Part shown: one piece after another, positions 23,380-37,237 of the stretch
How the letters are laid out: each line of letters opens with the position of its first letter
How positions within the stretch are numbered: position 1 is the first letter of the stretch
From: Paraspadella gotoi
Lineage: Eukaryota; Animalia; Chaetognatha
NCBI GenBank assembly: GCA_051294375.1
Contig: CM119267.1
Coordinates: forward strand, 21,728,286-21,792,285
Reading direction: 5' to 3'
Length of the DNA stretch: 64,000 bases
Made by a program: the position numbers and the translations under genes
The notes under the pieces: model-generated
The model's input: the letters and a program-made list of their open reading frames with translations, nothing else
Databases searched by the model: none
What the model was told of the DNA's origin: nothing

Positions 23380-24757
23380 GAGGAGAGAGGAGAGAGAGAG
23401 AGAGAGACATCCATCAGGAATCTAAACCAGTGACAGAGCCAACGAACCCCATTACCCTTCATTTTGGTTGATGGTCGATCCGCTAGTAATAGTTGAATCC
23501 TGTCCTGAGGTTTGTTGCCATTCATGTTCGCGCGAGGAAAATCCTCGTTTCTGAGGAGGATGTCGACTTCGGAGGCGAGATTGGACCACGTCGCATCTTG
23601 GAATAAAAGGTGCGGAAAGCTGGGCGTCGCTGAGGATTTTTCTTTTTGGGCGGAGAGAAAAATCTTTACGTGTCGGGAAGATGAGGGATAAATTGGGATT
23701 CGAAATAAATGAACGCTATTCGAAATGAACCGGTTTACGGATTGATGTCGAATCAAATTTATTAGTTATCAATGAATGAATGAATGAATGAATGAATGAA
23801 TGAATGAATAATGAATGAATGAATGAATGAATGAATGAATGAATGAATGAATGGATGAATGAATGTAGGTTTTAAAAAATAAATGGATGAATGAACTGAA
23901 TGAATGAATGAATGAGTGATGGAATGAAGAATGAATGAATGAATGAATGAATGAAGGAATGAATGACTGAATTAAGAATGAATGAATGAATTGAATGAAT
24001 GTTATGTTTTAAAAAATAAAATGATGAATGAATGATGAATGAATGAATAATGAATGAATGAATGAATGATGAAATGAATTGAATGAATGAATGAATGAAT
24101 GATGAATGAATTACGACCCAAAGCCACCCAATCCATCTGCCCATCTAATCACCTGTAAACAGGGCGAAGGGAGCGGGTCGCAGAGCACCCACCGATCGGC
24201 GACCTCGTTCATACTTTCTCTATCGTCGCTCGTTCTGTCGACTCCTCTTTCTTCCTTTTGCTGCTCGAGCCTCCGATGCGTTAGAGCTCGTTCTTGTGGT
24301 AGAGGACGCCAACACCCCGTTCGCGCGAGGTCTGGAGGGAGGTCGAGAGGGCGTCGTTGTTTGTTGTTGTGGGATTATGTATTGATTGACTGATGAGAAA
24401 ATAAAAATTTATTTCCAATGAACAAAGACAATGTCGATATATGAGGCATGATTATGATGAGCTTGATGAAGATGCATAATGATTATTAATCGATTATAGA
24501 TGATTAAAAAGATCATTATCGATAATGATGACGACGACGACGACGATGACGGACGATGATGAGGATGTGGACGATGAATGATGATGATGCATTATAGATG
24601 ATAAAGAATTTATAGACGATGATTTAATTGTATTTACGGTCGTTGGGCTGCGTGTAGTGGTCGTTGACCGCTAGAGGGAGAAAAAGCTCGGACGTCGACG
24701 TCCATGGATTCGATATCTTGCCGTTTACTTTTGCCCAGTTTCTCGAGAGAGAGGAGA

Positions 24758-24795
<38 letters not shown>

Positions 24796-25903
24796 TCGAG
24801 AGAGAGAGAGAGGAGAGAGAGAGAGAGGTGAACGCGGACGACGATTATGAAGACGATGAGAAACGTGAACTTGATATCCCTGATTATTTTACTGTAAAGA
24901 ATTGTTAAGGAGTCAGCGTGCGGTTGCCTCCCGGCGACGTACGGTTTTAAGACAGTTTGTTTATATAAAATGGACTTTTTTTATGATTTTATTGACTTAA
25001 TTATCGACTTAATTATGGACACTGTTTAACCTATATTTTGAAACCAGACCGTCGCCATCTTGAAAGTCAGCCAGAAATCGAGGCAGCTCAAACAATAATT
25101 GATGATTGACGATGATTGATAAAGTTGACGATTATGATAATTGACGACGACTACGACTGACGACGACGACGACGACGAAGATGATGATAAGGAGTATATG
25201 AATTTAATTTTTTTTTTAATTTTTTTTTGCTCATTATTCGATTAAACGCATTCTCAGAAAAATTTTTTTTTCACCGCATGAGAAAAGTAACAACATTTAC
25301 ATTACATTACATTACATTACATTACATTACATTACATTACATTACATTACAAAATTTACAAAGAAAATTAATTATTACTACAAACTTCGCTCTCGAGCCT
25401 GGCTTTGAGGGATCCGATCTTCCCGCCAAATCGGCGTCTCCCGATCCAACGACAACCGGGAACACCCTTCTTCCCCAACGTCCCCGCCAGACGAAGATGC
25501 CGCCTTTGAAGTAGATCGTCGACGGTCACCTCAACCCGGAAGGGCGCCTCGCGGAAGGTTGATCCATCGATTTGTTCCACGGGAACGTAGCACAACGCCT
25601 GGAAAGGACGAGGCTTTAATTTTATCCTTTTGTTTTTTTGTTTTTTTTATATTTCAATTTGTAATTGAAGCAAATCAATCACTCGCGGTCAAATTTTTCT
25701 GACCTAATAAATTATTTTTCAAAACGTTTCAAAAGATAACTAATGCATCAATCTTTTTAACCGTCTTTTGTATTTTTCTTTTCAATCATTAACCAATTAG
25801 TCAATCAAACTAAAACTTATTGAAATAAATAAGTCAATGAATGAAGGAATAATGAATGAAATGAATGAATGAATCAATCAATCAATCAATCAATCATCAA
25901 TCA

Positions 25904-25938
<35 letters not shown>

Positions 25939-26250
25939 CAATCAATCAATCAAATCAATCATTTTTAATACCTTAAATACATATTTATTAATCGAATTCA
26001 TAAATCAAACAACCACTGAAACCATAAATTAAATCAATCAATCAATCAATTCACTCAATATTTTGTATACCTTAGCTCGCTTGCCATCGCTTCTTCCCCA
26101 ACACGATGGATCACTGCGACCGAAGGCCCTCTTCTCGCGCGACAGGCTCATCTTTAGCGCCCAGGCGGCATTCCTGATCCGCTTCCTTCGCCGCCTGACG
26201 GCCTTTCGACGCTGCCTTCGCACAGGCGGAGGCTGACAGTCGCCTGATTT
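22250..26250 (-). CDS. Candidate multi-exon host gene of unknown identity (mirror ~27737-31770, +)
   Basis: GC-rich blocks bounded by pyrimidine-AG and GT sites and separated by microsatellite introns, at about 26070-26245, 25380-25598, 24657-24716, 24153-24332, 23428-23596, 23206-23327 and 22250-22560. Merged fragments read e.g. 'ERATIEK.MNEVADRWVLCDPLPSPCYR'. Frames cannot be fixed because of indel noise. Confidence 0.35.
22630..23165. repeat. ~19-bp minisatellite (aaaggatgaagtcgacgac)n; mirror 30845-31385
   Basis: More than 20 visible tandem units. Confidence 0.9.
23771..24110. repeat. (ATGA)n microsatellite; mirror 29887-30240
   Basis: Direct reading of the sequence. Confidence 0.95.
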
Positions 26251-26726
26251 AGTGGATGGAGGCGGGGGACAGTATAGATATATATTACACTTATTAATTG
26301 ATAAAATCAATTTTTTCTTATAGTTATATAACATGAATGATTGATTATCGGGTAGATGAATGGAAGAATGAATAACGATATGAATGAATCACCAAACCGA
26401 CCGTCCTTGCTACCAATCCATTCTGTCCCATCAATTTCACCTGTAACAGGGCGAAGGGAAGCGGGTCGCAACTTATTCATTCTATATCTTAAAAAATATT
26501 TCTTTATTTTAATTATTTATTTATTGTTCGGGATGCTTTAATAAAAAGATTTTTTTTATAAAAGAATGACCGACAAACAAGATTGAATTAATTGATAGAT
26601 TGCTTCATTGATTGATATGATTGATGATTGAATGATTGATTGATTGATTGCATTGATTTGATTTGATTGATTGTTGATTGATTGATTTGATTGATTGATT
26701 GATTCATTTATTCATTAAATTGGACC

Positions 26727-27260
26727 AAAAATAGACTAATAGATGATGCATTCATCAATCCGCCCAGACCGAAAATAGACTAATAAGATGAATGCATTCA
26801 TCAATCCGCAGACCGAAAATAGGACTAATAGATGAATGCATTCAATCAATCCGCAGACCGAAGATAACAGACTAATAGATGAATGACATTCAGCCCAGAC
26901 GTCCGCAGACCGAAGATAGGACTAACTCTCCAATGCACATATCATACATACAACAGATCCGACCTATTTCGTGCAATCTCGTCAGACCGACTAAAATAGA
27001 CTAATAGATGGAACGCATTCATTCTATTAGTCTATTCTTCGGTCCTGCGTGATTCTGATGAATGCAATTCATCTATTAGCTATCTTCGGCTTGCGGTATG
27101 ATGAATGCATTCATCTATTAGTCTATCTTCGGTCTGCGATTGATGAATGCATTCATCTATTAGTCTATTTTCGGTCTGCGGATTGATGAATGCATTCATC
27201 TTATTAGTCTATTTTCGGTCTGCGCGAATTGATGAATGCATCATCTATTAGTCTATTTTG
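26727..27260. repeat. ~43-bp tandem repeat containing the palindrome GATGAATGCATTCATC; orientation flips at ~27015
   Basis: Unit 'aaatagactaatagatgaatgcattcatcaatccgcagaccga' runs ~6 times forward, then ~5 times as the reverse complement. Confidence 0.9.
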
Positions 27261-27320
27261 CGCTTCATTTAATAATAAAGAATCAATTCAATCAATCATA
27301 TCAATCAATCAAACAATCAT

Positions 27321-27354
<34 letters not shown>

Positions 27355-29169
27355 CAATCAATCAATCAATCAATCAATGAAAGCAATCTATCAATTACAA
27401 TCTGTTGTCGGTCATTCTTTTAAATAAAAAAATCTTTTTATTAAACACCGAACAATAAATAAATAATTAAATAAAGAAATATTTTTTTTAAGATATAGAA
27501 TTGAATAAGTTGCGACCCGCTCCCTTCGCCTGCTTACAGTGTGAATTGGAATGGACAGATGGATTGTGTGGCTAGCAGGACGGTCGGTTTTGCGTGATTC
27601 ATTCATTTCATTTTCATTCATTCAATCTACCGATAATCAATCATTCAGTTAATATAACTATAGAAAAAAATTGATTTATCAATTTAATTTAAGTGTATAT
27701 ATATCTATCCTGTCCCCGCCTCCATCCACTAATCAGGCGACTGTCAGGCCTCCGCTCTGTGCGAAGGCAGGCGTCGAAGGCCGTCAGGCGGCGATCGGGA
27801 GCGATCAAAAGGATGCCGGCCTGGGCGCTAAGATGAGCCTGTCGCCGAGAAGAGGGCTTCGGTCCCAGTTGCTCATCGTGTTGGGAAGGGAAGCGATGCA
27901 AGCGGAGCTAAGGTATTACAAAAATTATTGAGTGATTTGATTTGATTGATTGATTTATTATTGTTTCAAGGGTTGTTTGATTTATGATTCGATTAAATAA
28001 ATATGTATTTAGGTATTAAAAATGACTTGATGATTGATGATTGATTTTGATTGATTGATTGATTGATTGATTGCATTGATTAGCTGATTGATTGATTGAT
28101 TAAGATATGATATAGATAATCATTCATTCATTCTCATTCATTCATTCATTTCATTGCACTTGATTTATCAATAGTTAGTTTGATTGACTAATTGGTTAAT
28201 TGATTGAAAGAAAATACCAAAAAGACGGCGGTTAAAAGATTGATCATTAGTTATCGTTGAACGATTTGAAAATAATTATTAGGCAGAAAAATGACCCGAG
28301 TGATTGATTGCTTCAATTACCAAATTGAAATATAAAAAAAAAACAAAAAAAACAAAAGGATAAAATAAAGCCTCGTCCTTCCAGGCGTTGACCTGTCTAC
28401 GTTTCCCCGTGGACAATCGATGTCAACTTCGCCGGAGGCGCCCTCCGGCGTGAGGGTGACCCGTCGACGATCTTACTTCAAAGGCGGCCTCTCGTCCTCG
28501 GCGGGGTTGCGGGAAGAGGGCTGTTCCGGTTGTCGTTGGACGCGGGAGACGCCGATTTGGCGGGGAGATCGGATCCCTCAACCAGTCGAGACGAGTTTTG
28601 TAGTAATAATTTAATTTTTCTTGCTAAAATTTTGTAATGTAATGTTAATTGTAATGTAATGTAATGTAATGTAATTTAATGAAAATGTAATGTTTGTTAC
28701 TTTTCTTCATCGTGAGAAAACAAAAATTTTCTGATTATGCGTTTTACGAATAATGAGCAGAAAAAAATTAAAATTAAAATTCATATACTCTTCATCATTC
28801 ATCTTCGTTCGTTTCGTCGTCGTCGTCGTCGTCGTCGTCCGTCTTTCATAATCGTCAACTTTTATCATCATCGTCATATCATTATTGTTTGAGCTGCCTC
28901 GACTTTCTGGCTGACTTTCAAGATGGCGACGGGTCCTGGTTTCAAAATATAGGTTAAACAGTTCATAATTAAGTCGATTAATTAAGTCCATAAAATCATA
29001 AAAAAGTTCCATTATTATATAAACAAACTGTCTTAAAACCGTACGTCGCCGAGGCAACCGCCCCTGACTCTTAAAGCAATTCTTTACATAAAAAATAATC
29101 GGGATATCCCAAGTTTCACGTTTCTTCATCGCTCTTCATATCGTCGCCCCCTCCCCTCCCCCCTCGCGT

Positions 29170-29201
<32 letters not shown>

Positions 29202-30621
29202 TCTCTCTCTCTCTCTCTCTCCCTCTCTCTCTCTTCTCTCTCTCTCTCTCGAGCATAATGGGCAAAGTTAAGACGCAGAATCAATCCATGGGACGTCGGG
29301 ACGTCGCAGCCCTTTTTCTCCTCTACGGTCATCGACCACACGCAGCCACGGACCGTAAATACAATTATCATCGTCTATAATTCTTTTATCATCTATAATC
29401 ATCATTCATCATTCATCGTCATCATCCTCATCATCGTCGTCATCGTGTCTGTCGTCGTCGTCATTTCAGTTATCATAATCGTCTTTATCATCTATAATCG
29501 CATTAATTAATCATTATCATCTTCATTCAGCTCAATCATAATCATCCTCAATAATCGCACAATTTTTCCTTTGATCATTGATCATTATTTTCATCATCAT
29601 CATCATCATTAATCCACAACAACAAACAACGACGCCCTCTCGACCTCTCCAGGGACTCGCGCGACGGTTGGTGTTTGCGTTCCTCTACCACAGAACGAGC
29701 TTCTTACGTCTCGGAGCGCTCGAGCCAGCAAAAAGGAAGAAGAGGAGTCGACAACGAGCGACGATAGAGAAGTATATGAACGAGGGTCGCCGATCGGTGG
29801 GTGCTTCTGCGCACCCGCTCCCTTCGCCCTGTTACAGTGTTGATTAGATGCGGCAGATGGATTGGTTGCATTTTGGGTTCCCCGTAATTCATTCATTCAT
29901 TCATTCATTCATTCATTCATTCTTCATTATTCATTCATTCATTCATTCATTCATTCAATTCATTCATTCATTCATCCATTTATTTTTAAAACCATTACAT
30001 TATCATGTCATTCATTTCATTCATTTCATTTAATTCAGTTCATTCATTCCTTCATTCATTCATTTCATTCATTCATCATTCATTCTATTCACTCATTCAT
30101 TCATTTCATTCATTCATTCATCCATTGTATTTTTTAAACATACATTCATTCATCCATTCATTCATTCATTTTCATTCATTCATTCATTCATTCATTCATT
30201 CATTCATTCCATCATTCATTCATTTCATTCATTCATTTCATGATAAACTAATAAAATTTGATTCCGAAACCATCCAATCCGTAAAAACTGCGGTTCATTT
30301 CGAATTTAGCGTTCATTATTCGAATCAATTTATCCTCATCTTCCCGACACGTAAAAGCAATTTTCTCTCCCCCCAAAAAAAATCTCCAGGACCCCCCCCC
30401 CTTTAATCCAGATGCGACGTGACGTCCATCTGCGCCTCCGACGACCATTCCTCCTCAGGAACGCAGGAATTTTCTTCGCGCGACTGAGGCAACAAACCTC
30501 AGGACAGGATTCACTATTACTTCGGACGACCATCACAAAAATGAGGCGTAATGGCGGTTCGTGGCTCTGTCACTAGTTAGATTTCTGATGGGATGGTCTC
30601 TCTCTCTCGTCTCTTCTCTCT

Positions 30622-30673
<52 letters not shown>

Positions 30674-31913
30674 ACACCTTCAGGAAGAGAAAGAAACATT
30701 CGCGTGCGTCGAAGAATCACTCGCGCCGCCGTCAGCGCCCGAAACAAACTGGACATCAACCTAGCGTCTTCGATCTCAGCGGAAATAGTCTACGAGGGCA
30801 TTTGAGGTCGTCGTCGTCGTCGCTCGTCGTCGCGAGAGTCTTCGTCGTCGTCATCTTGTGCGTTGACTTCATCTCCTTTGTCGTCGAACTTCATCCTGTC
30901 GTTCGACTTCATCCTTTGTTCGTCGACTTCATCCATTGTCGTTGACTAAATCCTTTGTCATCGACATCATCCTCTTTGTTTTTGACTTTCATCTTTTGTT
31001 GCTTGACCTACATCTATTGTATGTCGACTTCATTCTCTTTGTCGTCGACTAAATTCCTTTGTCATTGACTTCATCTTTGTTTGTTGACTTCATCTTTTGT
31101 TGTTTGACTTCATCCTTTTTCGTCGACTTCATCCTTTGTCGTTGAACTTTCATCTTTTGTCGTCGATGTCATCTTTTGTCACGACTTCATCTTTTTCATC
31201 GACTTCATCCTTTTATTGTCGACTTCATCCTTTTGTCATTGACTTCCTCGTCGATTGTTCATCCTTATCGTCGACTTCATCCTTTATCATCGACTTCAAA
31301 TTTTGTCGTTCGACTACAATCCTTTGTTCGTCGACTACATCCTTTGTCGATTCGACTTCACCCTTAGTCGTCAACTTCATCGTCGTTGTCACCCCCATCC
31401 CTTCCCCTTCAAAAAGGTTTCCTACGGCCAACGAAACGTGACCCTTCCCCCTTTTCTCTCATCGAATCCTTCACCCATCTGCAACGCCTTGGTGCACCCG
31501 TCGCGCATCGTCCTTGGCACGGCGGTCGAGCCTGTCCAGCGATCGTGGTCCGGGCGTTGGACTCGTGGGGCCGCCAGCCTGGGAGGCGGAGGTCGGCCTC
31601 TTGGGCAGGCGGAGGCGGCGGCGGCGTCGGGCCGTCCGTCGGAGGGCGTGGGCGGCGTTGTGGGCCCAGGATAGTCGCGTGGAGGCGTGGAGTTGTGGGA
31701 GAGGCCGTGGGCGGCGTCGTGAGGTCGGCCGGCGCGTCGGCGGCGGAAGCGGCGTCGCTGTTCTGATTATGTCGCCCGCAAGTTTTCTTCCACCGTTATG
31801 TTCGACGGCGTCGCGTTCAATTAAAGCGGACGAGAAAAAAAAAAAAAAGCTCTCCGGCGCATTGATTTTCGTTTAGGGTTTCTCTTTCGAATTAACGCTC
31901 GCTCTCTGTCTTT

Positions 31914-31970
<57 letters not shown>

Positions 31971-34900
31971 TCTTCCTCTTCGCTCTCTCGCTCTCTGCGC
32001 TCTCTCTTTCTCATATTTCCCTCTTTCAGGATTAAGAATTTTTTTGACGGGGGAGTCGCGACGACGACAAACGATACAACGACGACGACTACCGGCGACG
32101 ACGAAGATGGAACATGACGACCGACGACGACAACCGACGACGACAAACGACGACGAGAATCGTCGGCTCAAGTTAGACGGTTCGATACGCAAAGGGAAGC
32201 GTTGGGTGAGGGTTGATTAGTTACGAATAATTTTTAAAAAAAACAAAAAAACTATAATTAATTAAATCGATTTAATAGCGCGTCCATCGCGTGAATATGC
32301 TCGAATAATTTTAATATAATTACAATAGGTTTGGGGCTAAATGGTTATCATAATGACATCTTAAAACCCGGACGACCTTAGCGTAAATAAATATGCAGAG
32401 AGGCATCGATCTAGCAAGGTTCTCGACTCCCGCATTCTTACGTTGTTCAGTGGACTGTATTTGATATAAGCCTTTCAATTAAAGCGCAAAAAAAAAAATA
32501 TGATGTGTTTTATTAGTTAGCGCAGACAATAGGCAAATAGGGAACTATAAAAAATATCAGGCTTGCAGCGGTGGAGGAGTACGATTTAAATATAACAGCA
32601 AAAGAGTTTGCATTATTTCGTTGGGTTGCTTATGCTAATTTTTTTTTTTTTTTTTTTTTAGACCTTTTACAAGAACGGTAAATTTTGTATCGGGCGTCTC
32701 ATTGACTTATCATTTGTTTTTCTACAAACCGCGCTCTGATTCTTCTTTGCATTACTACATGCCGTTATTCATTTATTATTTATTATTTTTTGCTGCTTTC
32801 GGCAAGTTACTCTTGCACCCAAACATACCCAGAGATAACAATAGTTTATTGCAATTTAAGAAAAATTTATATATTTCAAAAACTTTTTATTTATTTTTAT
32901 CGCACCGACAGACCAGTTAATGATCGTTTAAAATTGCCGCAATTCGTGTTTAAACCTTTGAGACTCTCAACCAGTTTCAGACGTCGAAGGGGCAATTGAC
33001 TGCTGCTGCTGCGGCGCGGCGGCGGCTGCCGACTTCAAAAAACCCTTATTATGGAACCCAATGTTGGTCCATTAGATTCGTCAAACCGTGGGTTGGCCTC
33101 ATTGTCAGTAATGTAAATATTTTCAAGTTATAGTTAAAGTTTTTTTTTTCTATTTATTTGGACTTAACTTTATCGATTTTATTTCCAAACCGAAGTCAAA
33201 GTTCAGTTTTTAGAAATGATTTATAACGCTTTTTATCTTCCCAATCCCCCCCAAAAAAAAACCCACTTCAAAAGTCTCACAAAGCGTGCGCTGACATGTC
33301 TATTAACGGAACCAGGTTCAAAACCGGTCTCGGACTGGTCGACCAGACGGTTTAGATTCGAATCGGCTCGATGTGAAGTGTCACAAACGACGAAGCGATG
33401 GTCCAAAGTCTAACGATTGAGCGAATTTCAACGACAGGGGAATCTCACAGCGAGAATTTCCCATTGTCGTTTAGGCGGCCGTCAAAATATGAAATTGGTA
33501 GAGGACATTAACTCACAGCCTAAAAATACATTCTTTCTAACCTTTCAGACCTTGGACAGGCTATTGCTGTTTTGAAATTTGGTTAACAAGCAATTAAGCA
33601 TTTATCCATTTATTTGATAAATAATGCCTATCTTCCCAAGACTTTGTTCCAATGGACAGCCATAGTGGGCTAAGGCCTAGAGTTACTCTTACAAGGGAAT
33701 AACATAGCAGGTCTCTGCAAGCTTTCATTTCAAGACTCTCTCACAGTCTCGTTTTATTCCACTCCCAGATACCTTGGCTTCCTTATCAATGAGGCGGTTT
33801 ATAATATTTCCATTGAATAGTTTCAATTGTTATGAAAAGACCACTCCCTTAAGTATTAGATCGGGGAATACTTATTGCTTACTCCGCACTAGCATCAAAA
33901 TACAAGTGAGCTGAATTTATGAAATTGGGTACAACCAATATAAAAATTATCCAGTTCATTTAATAAATAAGCTATCTTGCCCCTGACTTCTTGACAGGCT
34001 TTGGTGGTTTAAAGCCTCCATCACTCTTACAAGATAATGACATAGCAGGTCCCCCATGCAAGCTTTCAATTTCCAAGACTCTCTCACAGAGTCTCGTTTA
34101 TTCACTCCCAGAGTGCCGCTTTCCCTATCAATGAGTATGGTATAATATTTCAAAGAATGTTTCAATTGTTTTATTGAAAAAGACCACTCCCTTAATTATT
34201 AGATCGGGGAATACTTATATGAACTCCGCACTAAGCACAAAATACAAGGAAACTGAATTTTTATTGAAATTGGTACAACCAATATAAAAATTATCCATTT
34301 CAATTTAATAAATTAAGCCTATCTTGCCCCTGGACTTTGGACCAGCTTTGGTGCGTTTAAAGCCTCCATCACTCTTACAGATAATGACATAGCAGGTCCC
34401 TGCAAGCTTTCAATCAAGACTCTCTCACAGTCTGTTTATTTCACTCCCAGAGTGCCTGGCTTCCCTATCAATGAAGGTAAAAAGTATAATATTTCAAAGA
34501 AGTTTCAATTGTGATGAAAAGCACCAACTCCCTTAAAGTATTAGATTCGTGGGAATAACTTATTGTACTCCGCACTAGCATCAAAAACAACGAGCTGATT
34601 TTTAAAAAATTTATCCATTCATTTAATAAATAAGCTATCTTTAGCCCCTGACTTTGCGACATTATATGCGATATTTTAATGTCCGAATTCAGTGATTCGA
34701 CATTTCACTGAATTTGCTCGAAGAACGTTATCGTTAGAGATAAATTGCTAGAGTTATTAGAAGAAGAAAAATCTGTAGGTTTAGAAAAATGGAGAATTAA
34801 AATTCGGACGAAGAAAATGGAAGCCGGCGGCAAGGCAGCCAACCTATCGAAACGTCGATCCAATGAGCTTGGCTTTCAAATCAAGAGCAAGCAATGTCGA

Positions 34901-35949
34901 TCCAACGACGTAGTTCCAAATCCAAGCACCAAGCAATAGAGAATCTCAGTTCCAACCAAGAAAACAAACGATAAGCCAATCCTTCGACATTTGATTCCAA
35001 TCAAGACCAATTTTCAGTCGCCAATCTACAACGTTGCCGATTCCAATCAAGACAATCAAAGTGGCCAACGCGACGGCGAGAAGCTCAGTTCCCGATCAAT
35101 CGATGGCGGCTCCAACGCGCGGGGATTCCGGTCGCTGGACGTTCCGCACCGTACGAATCTCGTCCGAGTCAATCGGACGCGCGGACCCGACGTACACGCA
35201 GCGCAGGACGAGAAAGGCGGAGACCCGCTGACCAGTTGGGAAACGTGTGAGTTGATGTTTTGCGAACCCTCAAGCGTCTGGAGTTCGAGACCGGGGCGGA
35301 TTGCGTAGAAGTTGCGAATGATTTGCCTACAACATGGCCACCACAGCTTGATCCCGCAGTATCGTTAACTGTATAATTGGCTGGAAAGTTAACGGGATTA
35401 TTCTTATTTTTCCATTGATTAAATTTCATTTTAGCAATACTAAATTTTTTTTTCTTCAGATAAGCAGCAAATTTCGCTTCGAGTTCTTCCAAACGACCAA
35501 AAATCTGCGAGTGAGTTTGAACAGCGAAGTAAATATCAGCAAAATCTGCAGGTAAATCTGAGTAAATCTGTGGACATTTTATCGTTGCCGCGCTACAAAT
35601 TGTGTAAATAAAATACTAAATTTTTATAATAAAGAAAACATATTTTCGAATGGGGTACACTGTACAAGAAAAATGACGAGCATTGTATACATTTAACAGA
35701 ACAATCGATTGCGAGAAGCAATTCATGGTTTAGCTTCAATGGTCCAACCTAAGAGTAAGTTAAATCGATTTCTTACGATATCATACAATCTCATACTTTA
35801 TTAAAATAGAAACAAGTTTGAGCAACAATATCGGCATCTTGCCTTTCGATAATTAAGTGGTAATAAGCTAACTTGGTTCAATTGCATAATTTAATCCAAA
35901 CTTGCATTATTTGCGTCAACTGGCATTAATTTGTCAAAGCTGACATAAT

Positions 35950-37237
35950 TTTGTCAGCTGTTTGTGGAGCTTCAAATGGATTTGAACAAAGACGACTGAC
36001 GACGACGAAAACCGGCACGACGAATACAACGATGAAGGACGACGACGCGAAGTCTTTGTACTTGGTGCTGACCCGTAGCTATCGTAGTGGTCAATAAGAA
36101 TGACCTGTTTAACCTGTTAATTGTTAGGCCTGACCTTTTTTCTCAGCCAATGTAAATACGAGTTGTTATTGTTATTATTTTTATCTTTTTGGCTTTTACT
36201 CTGTTTTGATTATATACGGTTTTTTTCTTCATTACGAAAAACACGCCTCGAATTATTCCTCCTCTCTCCGTTTTGAGTCACCGCATTGTATGCCCGACGC
36301 TTCTTTTGGACATTCTTATTCTTGCGCAACCTTGCTTTAGACAATTTTTTTTTTTTCTCTCCTTGTTATCGTCATATTTAGTTTTGTCTACGTTTTCGAA
36401 CGTATGCGTCAGTCCAAAGAATGTGAAGTACGTTGGCCACGCCCCCGCAACGATTTTCCGCGCCAAGCCCAGGCGCCTTGCAGCCGCCCAATCTGCCTCT
36501 CGTTACGTCAGATGGCGGCGACCCGTCGCCCCGAGATTCCTTCGAACCCCTGGCAAACGTCTTCTTGGCGCCCGTTTTCGCCCCAAATCCGCGCCGGACA
36601 TTGATTCAACAAAACGCCCGCATCGACGAACTCAAGAGGCCTCGTCCTCTCGTGCAGTCAACTCTCGATGCCCACCTCTGACCGCGTTATCGAGACCTTC
36701 TGAGACCGGCGAGCGGAAACCGAAAATGCAGCAGCGGCGGAGAAAGCCCCTCTCTCCGCCCGCTCCGCCACCGACGCCGGCCTTCATTCCAGATGACCAG
36801 ACGCAGGCAAAGAGAGTGAGGATGAAGAGCCAGCGTCGTTCCTAAAACGGGACTCCGCCGCACTCCACGTATCGCGACGCCTCTCGTTAACCCTTTGTCT
36901 CCCGCGGCGGGCTCACCGCCGAGCACGCCCCACCCGCGCCGGCGCCGGGATGCGATTTCGGCGTCGCCGCTTTACGGCGCCTCCACCCCCATACTCGGGC
37001 TTCGAACGCCTAAAACTCCCTCCATTTTTGATTCTAAAAACATTCCCGTATGGTTGGGCCGGATGTTTGACGCCGCACTTTTGTCGCCGCCCGACTCGTA
37101 CCGACGATGCCACCATGGCATCCCTACATTTTTTTGCGCTCTTCCCTCGGACATCAACCACTTTCGAGGATTTTTATCGATCTGCTCCATCGCCCCTCAT
37201 ACGCTCAGGTTTACGCTGAGACTTATAAAATTGTTTT
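35950..37237 (+). mobile_element. Mirror copy of the retrotransposon 5' LTR, PBS, leader and gag N-terminus
   Basis: Reverse complement of 16580-17920. Confidence 0.85.

Larger units (their letters stand above)
16580..37237. repeat. Giant inverted duplication (fold-back palindrome), arms ~10.3 kb, centre ~27015/27016
   Basis: Every landmark is mirrored: gag 5' end 16580/37237, LTR 17585-17920/35950-36285, tandem repeat 19270-20345/33575-34657, minisatellite 22630-23165/30845-31385, (ATGA)n/(TCAT)n and (TTACA)n/(TGTAA)n. The right arm ends at a 25-N gap. Confidence 0.95.

Noticed and set aside
26920-26990. Sequencing hairpin-adapter remnant at the palindrome centre
   Set aside because: The garbled patch does not convincingly match an adapter, and the symmetry centre lies further right at ~27015.
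26727-27260. 43-bp palindromic repeats as a CRISPR array
   Set aside because: Units are head-to-tail with no unique spacers, there are no cas genes, and the context is eukaryotic and intron-containing.
16580-37237. Giant terminal-inverted-repeat transposon (Maverick/Foldback-type)
   Set aside because: The arms meet with no internal region, contain host exons and half a retrotransposon, and no transposase or polymerase is present.
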